Made by a program: the position numbers and the translations under genes
NCBI GenBank assembly: GCA_002633005.1
Contig: NMRA01000701.1
Span: forward strand, 131,583 to 195,582
DNA: 64,000 bases
From: Phoronis australis
Lineage: Eukaryota; Animalia; Phoronida
Direction: 5' to 3'
Notes under the pieces: model-generated
What the model was told of the DNA's origin: nothing
The model's database searches: none
The model's input: only the letters and a program-made list of their open reading frames with translations
Shown: one piece after another, positions 11,546 through 23,546 of the stretch
Position numbering within the stretch: the stretch's first letter is position 1
How the letters are laid out: each line of letters opens with the position of its first letter

Positions 11546-14262
11546 TGAAAAAAACCGTTGTTTTTTTATTAATATTGTCACTTAATTTTCTGGGCTGGGT
11601 CTAAAATCGTTATACTCGGTTTCACGCCCGATAGGATCACATGTGGTTTTTTACAAACGTTGTAAATTTTCCAGTGCAACTGCCATTTGAATTATTTGAT
11701 AAAGTGATATGCCCATCACAATGTCATGGCTCAGAAATATGAGGTTTTACGGAGTACATGTATGATTGAAAAGGTGTACTTGCGTAAACTAATACTTGGG
11801 GTACAGTATAAGTAGAACCGCCAGCTTTTATAGGCCTATTACTGTTTTACTCGGCGGTACTCGGCTTTTTTAAGCAAGGATGCAGCTGGAATATTAGTTT
11901 ACCATTAGAACATTTATTTTCTTGTACAACTTGCCTGCCGCCCATATTATACGCAGTTGTACAATATAAAAAGTTACGTGCTCTACAGCGTTTCTTCCTT
12001 AACCAGCTGTCAACAGTCACATACATTGTACATGTATGTTGCAATTGTTAAACTGTTCCCATCAAATTTTGAGGGCCCCTCGTGGGTTCTGAGTTATTAA
12101 CCTTCTTCAACTGAGGTTGACCGGCCAAACCTCTGGAACTTTTGTTTTTTGTTGCGCCGTTTTTTTTCTTCACCGATGTGACCCCATAACTGCCACGGGT
12201 CCCAGGGTTGTGGAGCCGCCAGTCCACCCCCTCTCGACGTCCCTGACCATGCATTCAATTTAGTTTACAACGTGTATTTATCCAAACTACATCTAGTATT
12301 CGTTGTGAAAACCACAGTTTATTAGTTGAGACCGGTAGGCATTTCAAAACAGACTGAGTTGATAGGATCGAGATATTTAAGTCGGGATCTCGAGGACCTG
12401 AGATATTTAAAAAAGAAACGCGCGCTGTCATCTTTGGGCCACCGTATTTTTGGGATTGTGAATTTACGATTGTGATATGCAGTGCTATAAAGGAATTACG
12501 TTTAATGATGCATGCTGGCAATGTACATCACATGCCAAAACAACGTAAATGGTTGTTTTAAGCGCTTTAAAGAGCGGTGTCCAATGTCAAGTTTGCTTGG
12601 GCATTTTTTACTGAGGACGCACCACCCTCGGGATGCCTCCTGTCGAACGAAATTTGGATCTTCTTCACCCTGCAGTTTGACCTGTTTAGTCGTGTTGGCA
12701 CCCTTTTCACGAAGTGTTACGTTTTCGCGTTATAATTGTTCTCCGAAGGAGAGGACCTTTTCCCCAAAGAGGTCACCCAACCAAACCTCTCGACCCCTCC
12801 CCCTTGGCTGATGGAGGTCTAAAATATTTGGGCATCCGACTTGCTGGAAATCGAAGCTCACATTCATGTAAGACCGGATCACCTATAAGATTGCCAAAGG
12901 AAAACCGTAAGACAAACGACTGGTATAACTTATAAAAACTTGACTAATTGCTCCCAAATTTGCAGATAAAGGTTTGTTCTTGATTGAAAGAAAATCGGCA
13001 AACGTATTACGTAGCTTTGAAATGTACTGAGGATAGCTTATTACGTTGACTGCAGTGTAGTACTTTCCATAAAAGATTAGGAAGTAAAGATAAAGGATCC
13101 TGATACTCATACATGTAGTGTATGAAGGTGGCGCAAAAACTATGAAATATCCCTTTTTATTTTCTTTTTAGTCGAACGGGAAAATATGGCTATGACGCAA
13201 GGGAAATTTCAATAATATGTCATTTTCGTCTTGTGCCAGAAAAGCGGGACATTTTGATGGTGACGCGGAATGGCGAGAAAAATTTTAAAAGCGGAACAGT
13301 CCGCAGAGAGCGGTCAGTAACACAAAGTATTGGATTGGATTCTTTTCCAGGACGCGTTCTTAGTGCTGTAGATTAACGAAATCATGATCTCCAAAATGTT
13401 ACCAATTACTGATGTGGGCTACGAGCCGGAAAAGCTTGTAACTTAGAGATTAAGGCACTCGGCACACCAATTAGGTGTATCGCCTAGTGTCCACACTAAA
13501 GAGCATTTCCTTGCCCGTATTTAAGCAAAAATATTGCGGAGACGGGGAGGGAGAGCTCACATCAGGGTCCCCGGCACGAGTTAGGGCCCAGGGAGACCCG
13601 TAATGGGCACTAGGCTTAGATTACCAGGAGAAAAACTTTTTAGAAATGTGAGTATAACAGATTTTATTGAACTCTCAGACTGCATTGTTATGGAAATTAG
13701 ATACTATTCGGAGAAGACACTGTGAAAGCCCCATCTGCGACAAAGCGTGGCCTGGCGTGTGTTCAGAAGACGCTAGGGCTTACGCAAGGACATAACTAAA
13801 ACCTAGTCAAAGTCACGTGCTCTCATTTAAAATGCACGGCAATATCTCACGTGATCCCGCGAAGTCTTGCTTTTTAGCGAGGTCCTAGCGTTACTGAACC
13901 GGAAGCTGGTTGCAACAAATGTGCCCTGCTCTAAAAACAAGTAGTCGACCCGGAATTAGCTGCTTAATAACGGTAGCAATTGATGCACAGACAGCTTTAT
14001 GACATGACTCTTAGTACATGTACGTCACTTCAAAACAATTAAGATTATCCAATGGAAAATCAAATAGATTAAACAATAACGAACATTTAAAAATGAAGGT
14101 TACAAGAACTTATCACTGCGAATAAGCAAAGTAAAGCAAAACAAAATTAACCATTTTTAGAAAGATTTCCCTTGATTATGACCAACCCCGCACAAAATCA
14201 TCACTAGATTTTTTTCGGATCTAGAGTTTTAGTACATCAGCACTTTGTTAAATAAACAAATA

Positions 14263-14373
14263 TCAAAGGTCAATCACTTTGTTCTCCAAACGAGACCTTT
14301 CTGCTTCAAAAACAAGCAAATGAGTCCGCAGGCTTTCCATAGGTCCACTTAATATCTTTCCTTTATCGTTGGC
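14263..14373 (-). CDS. Oxidoreductase paralog 1 exon 10
   Basis: [36 protein letters not shown]. Confidence 0.9.
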   Translation of the reverse strand, partial: ANDKGKILSGPMESLRTHLLVFEAERSRLENKVIDL

Positions 14374-17300
14374 CTTCAAAGAAAAAATAACAGACCAAAA
14401 CTAAGCATAAAGAACGTATGAATAATTAATTAATTTACTGAATAGATCTGATCAGAAGATCTTGGTTACAACATTTTCACCAGCTAAAACAGCATTGAAT
14501 AGCATAGCGTTTAGTTGCATTTTTTATACCAAATGCTGGTCCCAGTGTGTTTTGTATTAGTCAATTTCTTATTGGTTTTGGTCGTATTCGTATAAAATAT
14601 GAACCTAATGTCTCATAAGTTTTACAAAGTTGTATGAGAGACAGTAACTATTTTTCCTGAAGCAGGGAATTTTTAATGTGTCTTTGGTCTACATTAAATG
14701 TTGGCATGACATTTCTGGCACGGAAGAACAAATTATTATAACGTGAGGTGCCGTGGCGTGCTACCATTTTCAAACTTTTGTAACGCAGTGGATTTTTTTT
14801 TTTGGCGTGTTCTAGTGATAGATGAATTTCGCGACGCCAATCCCTCAGACAACTTACCAACAAAGCGCCAATAAATGACTTTATTAAGTGGAAGTCTGCG
14901 GCACCGTGTGCTTGTAACACTTTAGGAACAGAGCTTGAGTCGTGGATATTGTAGGTACGGTTTGATCTCGTCAAAAAATCGAAGTGATGAAGTTCAGAAT
15001 CAAAACTGCAGCGTAGTTCCCCCTGTAACAACAAGTAACACTCAGTGAGACCTAATGTCGTGTTTCTGTTGGCCTACGTCCTACGCGATCGGAATCATAA
15101 GGTATACACACTTCTTGAATGCGTACTGTCTTGTTTGGCGAAACAAGCATTCCTGGTTTTTCAATGTGTTCATTATCCAATCCACAACAATTATGATGAT
15201 AACGTAAATGTGTTGAATCAGTGACTACTGGACGTGGGTTGAATTTTGAGCCGATCCTGTGAAATGAATCGCTGGAAAGGGTAAGACAATTACATGCATA
15301 TGACGAGGTGGGGGGATGAAATTCAACTGCTAACCCAACTGGAGATGTCAAAGTGTTCATGACTGTACAAGAAAATGGAAGGTGAGTTATTCATCAATGC
15401 TGAAGAAACAGTTCCGGTCATTGTCAGTTGATTGATTCATTTTTGTGCCTTGCAGATAAGGGTAAGTAAAATGTTGTCAATTTTAATTTTGAGGGGAAAG
15501 AAAAGTTTCAAAACTGGTCAAAACAACTGTCAAGACGTTTGTAATCAATTACCATCTACTGAGTGAAAAATGAGAAATCTGCAAATTAACTACAAAAGAC
15601 GGGAAAAATTGGGATTGTAAGTCACAATTCAAAATGCTGTTAAACTACCTTTGTCCCGCAAATGGTCACCAGCCGCTCGCCAACCTTTTCCGTGAAGGCC
15701 ACCATGGTAAAAGATGCCGTGGCGCCCCCTTCAAACTGCATGTTGACAACCTGAGAAATGATTGGAGGCAAATGCTTCAAGAGCGGTAAACGAGAAATAT
15801 AGTCAGAATTCTCAAGTAAGCTTGATGTTTGATATAGTGGTAGAAGCACTTAAGGAATAACTTACTACACGCGAAATAAGGCTCGCCGTCAAGCACTAAA
15901 GGTCGAAATCCAATTAATTTTGTTTTCATTACTCAGTCTCGCACTTTTAAGGAAGAAGCCTACGAAGGATATACAGATAAACCCCTCCCCAGTTAGTGTC
16001 AGGGGTCTACATTGAGTAATCCCTACCGTGTACCTGATTACTTATGACGTCATTATCACAGTCATAGACACATCTTCCGTATGGACCCGTCTTCAAAGCT
16101 TCCGTGATATTTTCAATGTCTGGAATGTCGCCAGGTGTCAGCACAGAATTGGGCCAGCCTATTTTTCCCTATAAGAGCAATGAAACCACAGAGTCCCTAG
16201 GGTTTACAATAGCTTAAGACATGGTATCCCGGAAAAGTAAAAAAGTACTAGCGGTTTCAAGCAATATCGATTTGACTGTTTGTTATATCAAGAAGGATGA
16301 AATTATTCAAATTACCTGTCTGACAGAGTCCAGATAAATCTTCCGGGCTGAATAAGCACACTGGAATTCATTGGAACAGTCAAGACATCTAGAACCAGAA
16401 CCGCTGGGCTGAAATTAAGTAACGCCGCTTTTATGAACATTAGATAGTATACGTGCATCTTCCCAGATACAATCAACCTAACCAGTTACAGCCTGAAGTT
16501 CACTTGTATAGATGTAGAAGAAGAGAGAAACTAAAGTGTTAAAAACATGCCCATTCTCAGTGTTCAAAAGTCTTTTGCCCTCTGACTTCAACTCAGTAAC
16601 CTCGGTTTAATAGAAATTATGTACTACATGTATATCTTAAAGATCACCTTATTTTCCTTGGTAAAGTGCATTAAACTTCCAAATGAAGAGACCTTTCTAC
16701 ACTTCTCGTCTCCCATCCAATACTGAATGAGGTCGATGTCATGGCAACATTTGGTTAGCAGCGAAAACGAGCTGCTGGCTTCGTTTCTCCAGTTTCCTCT
16801 GACGTAGGAATGAGCAAAGTGCCAAAATCCAACCTAAAATAGCAATAGAGTTCTGGGAAAATGCGTACTAAAACCACACCAAAAATTCATTTACTCTCGA
16901 CTGTTATTCCGAGGGAGTCCAAATCCTCAATTTGCACATTATAGATAGATTTGATTTTTTCCAAAGTATATTTTAGGACCAGAGGTGTAAAAACAGTAGA
17001 CTGGACATACAAATAACGACATGATATATAGACTGTACGTCTTTTTCTCCTGTGCAGTGACGTGGTATGAAATCGGGCGTGCGTTCAGTAACCCTAGGAC
17101 CTAACCTAGTACCTAGCTAAAATCTAGACAAAGTTCTCATTTGAAATGCACGGCGATATCTCGCGTAATGTAAACAAGATTTGCTTTTTAGCGAGTCTAA
17201 GCGTTACTGAACGGGAGGCGGGCTTTAATCGTTGAAGACTGTAGATTCAGAAATTGAAAATAGTTGAAACACTGGGTATTTTGTGTGATGATGAGTCAAC

Positions 17301-20300
17301 AATATACATTGAAAGCTTTTAAATTTCTTGCAGTTTCATAATATTCACATACACTGGCGTTCATCATACCATAGTAATAATCATGTAATAGAAAGCGATC
17401 AGTCCACACTGAGTGCAATATTGTTCAATGTTTGTGTTTGTACATAGTGACTTATAATCCCTGATAGGCTTAAGCTGAGTTATAAAGCTTCTACTCGAAA
17501 TGAAACTCGAAATTATGCGGCGTTTTCTTTTCTATTTTTGTTCAAATTAAACCTAACTGTCTATTAGTCTGTGCTCAAGTATGTTATGGTTTATGCCTGG
17601 GAATTTTTACTCCATGTTCGTGCTATTTGAGCTATAAACACGTCGAGTAAAAAACTCGAAACTTCGAGTCGGTACTAAAATGTTAAGCTTTAATGCCGGG
17701 ATCATCAACTGAAAACTAGAATAACACAGCATCTAAGAAAGTCATTATGTACTTGAGCAGGAAACAATGGGCACTTATGTCAGTTGAGTTCCGTTAAAGG
17801 TAGAATAGAACATAACAAAACATTTGAGTTCAATGGAGCAAAAGATGAGACCACTGACGAAGTTTCTCCATATTATGTGAAACCATGCAGCCATATCATT
17901 GTTTCACTTTGGTCCGCGGAACTTTACCATAAAATAACTGCTGTAATCGCCTTTATGTATTGAACATAATACATTCCCTAAACTTTGTTCACGCGTCACG
18001 GAAAACTTGTCTCGTAGGGTCAGTAAGTATTCTCATAATAGTGCCATTATGGCGTTTTTATCGCATGGCCACTCTGCAGAATCACTTTTGTATTATAATT
18101 GTCTTTACATCATAATAAATGAGGTTATTCGACCACCCACTTGTTGCTTTATTCTGCAGCATAGTCATGGGCGGCGCAGCACTGAAAAAAGTGGAGGGGG
18201 CTATAGCCCCCGCCCCCTATGGTGCGCCGCCCATGATAGTTCGTCGCACACCCGCCTGGCAAAATAGATACTAATAAACCTTCTTATTGACAGATACTAG
18301 ACGAATGCGCCACTTTGCAACTGGATTGTGGGAAGTGTTCATCTAAGGCAAAAAAGCCGCCAATAAACCAATGATTACAGGGAAACACACAACTACATCT
18401 CCAGCAAACGGAAAACCTGAGTGACAGACACCCCACAAATCTCAAACAGTAAAAAGATAGATTCAGATGAGCTCCATAAATTTTCATTTTATTGACTGAG
18501 TGAAATTTGAGTTGGCGGCCGAATTTATGCAACCACATACATTGTATGATCGGTGCACAACTGCGTCACTTTTTTGCACTTTACGCATTTGGGACATTTG
18601 GTGCAAAATATATGCTTACTGATTGCTTTGACTTACTGGGTCCATTAGTTGTATATTGATGACGTCACCAATTACACGATTGTCGATGAGTTCTTTAATC
18701 TTCCTCGCGGCAGGAGCATACCTCAGAACATGTCCTACTGCCAGCATCACTTCGTTCTTTGTGCATGCCTCACAGATTTCCTTGCAATCTGCTGCATTTG
18801 TCTGAAACGAGACATGGCGTGGACTGGGGTTGAGTTCCACAAACAGCTCCTGGGCGATGCAAGCAGGAATATAAATTTAGCAAATATGCGTGTGTTCCAA
18901 GTACATGTTGACCAGAGTTGTAATTACCTTGATGTACACCACGAATTGATAGCGCGGGATAGCTCTGCCGTGAACCACACTTGGCAAAGTCTATCAGTTT
19001 AAATTCTAATAGTTGTAACAAGTGAGCTTATTTATGGCAGTGACGACAAAACCTGAATTCTGGTCTTGGGTGAAAAGATGACCTTGTACTTTTCGGTACT
19101 TCACACATGCTGTTCATTTGAAAATGGTCACGCGGGAGATCACGAGAATCAAAGGTCATACGCCAAAACGTAGTTACATGTGCGTTCATCGTATCTTAAA
19201 TCTATTTAACGAGTGAAATACCATTTATGTCCGGCACTGGACTAGAAAAAAGAAATCGTAGTTCGCGAGCTTATTTCGAGAGATTAAAAGGAGAATGAAG
19301 GTATGCAAGAGAATATATGTATAGTAGTAAAACAATATCTTTTGAAAGATGGGCAACAAAACACGCCACAAGGGATGTTTAATAAAGATTATGTCCATTT
19401 GCAGGGACGCAAAAGAAAACGGGGGAGGAAATTAAGGGCATGTACAAGGTTACTGCTGCTGCCAGGCGGATATCAAACCCGACCTCCACGCGTTAATTAA
19501 TGATTTAATTTTGGTGTGACTCACAAAAAGTCAAGTTGTGAAAATATGGCAAATCAACACTGCTTAATTTTCCAGGATTACACAGTGGTCAGAACAATTA
19601 AACTGAGAGTAATCTGTGGCTTCACAAACCGGTTTTCTTATTTTACCTCACTTGATCAGTTTGGACCCGCTTATTATCTTATTATTTCCAGCGACAAATT
19701 CTTGTAGGAAAGTCTCGACCACCAAAAAAATTTCGGGCCTCTACTAACATAGGAGGTACGATACCAAAGGCAGCCATAGAGTGGGTCCGAAGATCGTGGA
19801 ATATTGTTAAATAAAGGTGGCCCGATTTTTGAAGCCCGAGGATGAATTTTTTTGTCTATGTTATTTTAATATACTGATTCAATATTAACTTTATTTTTAC
19901 TGACAAGCAGCTCATTAAAGTGTATAATGTATTATTGGGTCCATCATTGTCACAATTGTTCATTGGATCGTCATGTTGTAACTGACCAATCAGAGACGTG
20001 AATAAAAGCAGATCGTTCTTGGTACATCGTGTTGTCAGTCGTGTACCATACAAAGTGGTTTGTGACGATGGCGCTGTGGCGCAGCATTCCTACGATCGGG
20101 CGTTCCACCTTTGACTAAACAGGTCCCTTTGGGGTCAAGTTCAGCAATTTAAGTACCTCACTAGATATGCAAGATCTCGCGAGATTCTATTGAACTCTAG
20201 CCGGGTGTACATGCATGCGAACATATTTACAACGTCCTTACCGCCATAGGTTTCTCCAGTAGCAAGTGGTAACCTTTGGAAGCAAAAGCCAAGGCTGGTT

Positions 20301-22669
20301 CCTGCAATTAAAGATTTTTTTTCACCAACAGCGGAGCGTCTGTGAGGACGTTGACGAATACATGGCAATGAGGCAAAATGACACTTGTACTCATGACGTT
20401 TGCTACGGCTCTGAGATTGATAGTGTCGTCACTTCCCTAAATCTTCCGATGAAATGAGAATGAAAATTCGACAGACTCGATTGATACCCTGAAGTGCAAA
20501 GAGTGTTTTTGAACAGTAGCAGGTCATAGTCATACCTGCGTGTACTTGAAAGCTAGCATACGGACCCGTTATTTTCTAAACACGGCAAACACTGCAGCTT
20601 GCTGAAGTTTGCAGGTGTAGGCATGAAGTCTGGTCCGCTTAGCTAGTGGAAAACAGAACAGATCAGGTTGTGAACTTTGAATAATGTATAACTCTAACAG
20701 CAGTGTTATAATATAGTCCCGTGAAACATGGTGATATTGGCAGTTTTGAAACTACATTAGGCGTATTTGGTTACACTAATTATATTGTCTATATCTGAAA
20801 CCTGAGGAGTTCTTCATGCCTGCGACCTTAACGATACAGTGAACAATGTTGAAAAAAACTGTGATTGGATAATCCAATTTTGACAAATTTCAGTGGTACT
20901 ACCTTATGCAGTTGGTCTGGTGTAGTAATAATTGCAACATCGGCAAACTTGTCACACCCAGCGGCATCTCTCCAGTCGGTGAATACACAGTTGATAGGAA
21001 TGGAGTGCTGCGTTTTGAAATATTCTCTCGCGAGTTTCCGTGGTTCGGCAACTCCTACGATCTACTAGAACAAACAAAATACAAATCAACGTGAAATCGG
21101 TTGCTATAGCGGGAAAATAAATCAACTGGTAACTTATTATTCAAATTTCCCGCCAGAGAGCCAACTATTTAACCGGCCTCAGTTTAGTTACATGTACGCG
21201 CACACGCCGAGAAACCAGCCTATGATATTTCATTTGGTCGCGCAACTAGAATTTTGCCGCCAAGTGTGTAGCTATTACCAGTATTGTTTGCTGGTAACAG
21301 AATTAGCTAGTTGTCATGGCGGGAACACACGGGCGGCGCAGCACTGAAATAAGTGGGGGCTATAGCCCCTCAGCCCCCTATGGTGCGCTGCCCTGTCACC
21401 ACGTGCGGTGCTTCGTTGAAATAAGTGAGGGGGCTATAGTCACCCAGCCCCCTATGGTGCGCTGCCATGGAAAACGCACGGTATTTTCAAGTTACTTTTG
21501 TCTTGTACTGCACTACGTAGAATAGTTTCGAACGTGAACATGCACATACATTGTATACGGGGAGATATGACAACAATATCAGTGACCTTCCAATGAAGAT
21601 AAAGTAAACATGTATGGGCTTACAGCGACAAATTTCTCCGATAAGACACGCTAATTGTGGGTTGATTTAGTCATGTATCAGAATTGACTCCTTTAAGGTT
21701 ACAGTAAGTAGGATTGGAAGAGAAATGTCCAAAACGGACTAACGTCGGAATATCTCAGTAAAGGCTGATTGGATTCAAATGAAACTTTTAGGTATTATGC
21801 TTTTTCACTGCTCTCCAAATGCTCCCAAGGAATTATTTTTCAGTGGTCGTTTTTCGAAAGAAAGGTAATCAAAAATAGGATGATTTTGATAAAAAACTGA
21901 AATGTTGCATAAAACGAAAATGATATGATAATTCACCAAACTGTAACACCGTCTTTAAGATTCATCTTGAACATTTTTATATTCAAGTGAAATTTGGACA
22001 GTATTGATTCAACGACTGTTTCACAGTAGGCCTAGCTATGAATCATTATCACCCCAGGGCTATTTGGCTGCATGTACTAAATGAATGGCAATATGACATT
22101 GAGCAAGGTTGATATGAAGTGAATATAAATCGAAATCTGCAGGCTTTCTACTTTCAGACAACCGTACTTTTACAGAGTTAGCCTACACAACTTTGCAAAT
22201 CAGTTGAATGCACTTGTTTTGCGTGACCTCAAGACGATTATTCTGTCTCTCGCCCTGGATCTGGTCAGCTACGGTCAAAATCCATCTTTGGCAGTCTAGT
22301 CATAGTGATGTTTCGTCTCCGGGCGGGAGAGCTACTTCCATTAAGCCTAGAGCGACTGCAAATTATGATTAACTTCTACTTTACTTGGACGGGAGCTGCA
22401 GTCAGAAGCGGGAGTTCAATGACTTGATCTATTCAGACTCGAATTACCGAGGGTGGAAAAGAGTTCTGACTGGCGATGAGGCTGACACAGAGTCCAAAAT
22501 CTCTGACTGCTAGCTAGAGATATACTGCATTGGCCACGGAACCACACTTGGCACGAATGTCCCCAGTGAGCGTGCTATATCTTACCTTGAAGTCCGAGCT
22601 TACTGAAGCATACTCTGCGTAGACGTTCCCTCTGTTTCCCGCACCTATTACAACAGCCGTCAGTGCCAT
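14263..22669 (-). CDS. Gfo/Idh/MocA family oxidoreductase (YteT-like), paralog 1, 419 aa
   Basis: Ten exons in frame: 22669-22586, 21061-20903, 20301-20242, 18801-18637, 16833-16648, 16408-16316, 16168-16034, 15750-15649, 15022-14858, 14373-14263. Motifs: Rossmann [62 protein letters not shown]. Confidence 0.93.
14858..15022 (-). CDS. Oxidoreductase paralog 1 exon 9
   Basis: [10 protein letters not shown]...[18 protein letters not shown]|gtaagt. Confidence 0.9.
15649..15750 (-). CDS. Oxidoreductase paralog 1 exon 8
   Basis: [34 protein letters not shown]. Confidence 0.9.
16034..16168 (-). CDS. Oxidoreductase paralog 1 exon 7
   Basis: GKIGWPNSV...[18 protein letters not shown]. Confidence 0.9.
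16316..16408 (-). CDS. Oxidoreductase paralog 1 exon 6
   Basis: [31 protein letters not shown]. Confidence 0.9.
16648..16833 (-). CDS. Oxidoreductase paralog 1 exon 5
   Basis: [18 protein letters not shown]...KCCHDID...FTKENK. Confidence 0.9.
17084..17215. repeat. Short palindromic interspersed repeat/MITE; other copies at ~8270-8370, ~13760-13900 and ~34225-34300
   Basis: gttcagtaaccctaggac...gcgttactgaac with the shared core ctcatttgaaatgcacggcgatatctcgcg. Confidence 0.65.
18166..18235. mobile_element. 70-bp MITE (TIR CATGGGCGGCGCA, 5-bp TSD ATAGT)
   Basis: atagt|catgggcggcgca...tgcgccgcccatg|atagt. Confidence 0.85.
18637..18801 (-). CDS. Oxidoreductase paralog 1 exon 4
   Basis: TNAADCKEI...HVLRY...IQLMDP|gtaagt. 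Confidence 0.9.
20242..20301 (-). CDS. Oxidoreductase paralog 1 exon 3
   Basis: [20 protein letters not shown]|gtaagg. Confidence 0.9.
20903..21061 (-). CDS. Oxidoreductase paralog 1 exon 2
   Basis: IVGVAEPRK...[10 protein letters not shown], 159 nt; TAGTAG acceptor. Confidence 0.9.
21328..21469. mobile_element. Head-to-tail dimer of the same 70-bp MITE; TSD GAACA/GAAAA
   Basis: Two units in tandem. The homologous site in paralog 2 (~40135-40150, catggcgagaaaacat) is empty. Confidence 0.8.
22586..22669 (-). CDS. Oxidoreductase paralog 1 exon 1
   Basis: [28 protein letters not shown]|gtaag. Confidence 0.9.
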
Positions 22670-23142
22670 CTTGGTGTTATCGGTCCAAGACTACTTATCT
22701 TAACAGACTTGGAACGAGGACATTCTCAGTGTGAGACTTTTGGCCTTGTGGGATCCGATCCTTATAATCGATCGAACTTTTGCTCAGACCATTTGAATAA
22801 ACATTACCGTAGTTTTTCTGTGTGCTAGGTTGACCTTTCCAATACAATACGTACATGTAGGCCTACATTGTATTATACCAAACTACATGTACATGTAAAT
22901 TCCCCGGAGTTCTCCCATACATGTGCTAGTGTGGTGAGGCGTGCTATTCAAATTGTACCTTTTGCACGTCCATTTAAATCTCTACGAAAACCGGGGAGCA
23001 TTTCCTCACAAAATTCCCTACCAAAGATTTTCTACATTTTACAACCTTCCCCAACGCCGCCTTCTGAATAACCAGGCACATTAGCAAGGTATCTGCCAAT
23101 GATCAAAAAGCCGGAGTTTGTGACGGAAGACTGGTTTACTAT

Positions 23143-23546
23143 CGTTGGCCAATTGGGTGAACGTTACGCACGTAAATTACGCGAGTAAATTATTTCTCCC
23201 TTGGGACGTAAAATAACTATCAGCGACGACACGTAAAGTAATTGAGGCGTAAGTTAGCTTTTAACGGCGTAAATCATTTATTTACAGCCTAAATTAAAGT
23301 AATTAACGTTTAGCCAACGATAAATTTATGCCATAAAAAATTATTTACTCCGTCAAATGTTAATTTCCGCTGCAAATAATCAATTTTAATTTAGGCTGAA
23401 AATACTTAATTTACATGTATGTCGTTAAAAGTTAATTTACAGGGCAAACAATTAATTTAAGTCGTTCGTAATTAATTTACTCCTCTAACTAGAATTAATT
23501 TGCACACGCAATAGTACGAGAGTAAAGTTTATCCATTTGGTCAACG
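23143..23546. mobile_element. Foldback-type MITE with long imperfect inverted repeats and short AT-rich internal periodicity
   Basis: cgttggccaattgggtgaacgttacgcacgtaaattacg... matches the reverse complement of ...gtacgagagtaaagtttatccatttggtcaacg. Confidence 0.7.

Noticed and set aside
12690-12880. Possible tRNA gene or tRNA-derived SINE on the minus strand
   Set aside because: Only a weak B-box-like match. No cloverleaf can be drawn and there is no second copy in the window to confirm it.
15050-15420. Intron 8 sequence conserved between paralogs 1 and 2 (~27870-28250) as a hidden exon or snoRNA
   Set aside because: Frames carry stops and indels that differ between the copies, and similar homology occurs in the other introns. 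It is residual similarity from the duplication.
17864-17890. Second hammerhead-like motif (CTGACGA...GAAAC)
   Set aside because: Helix II cannot pair.
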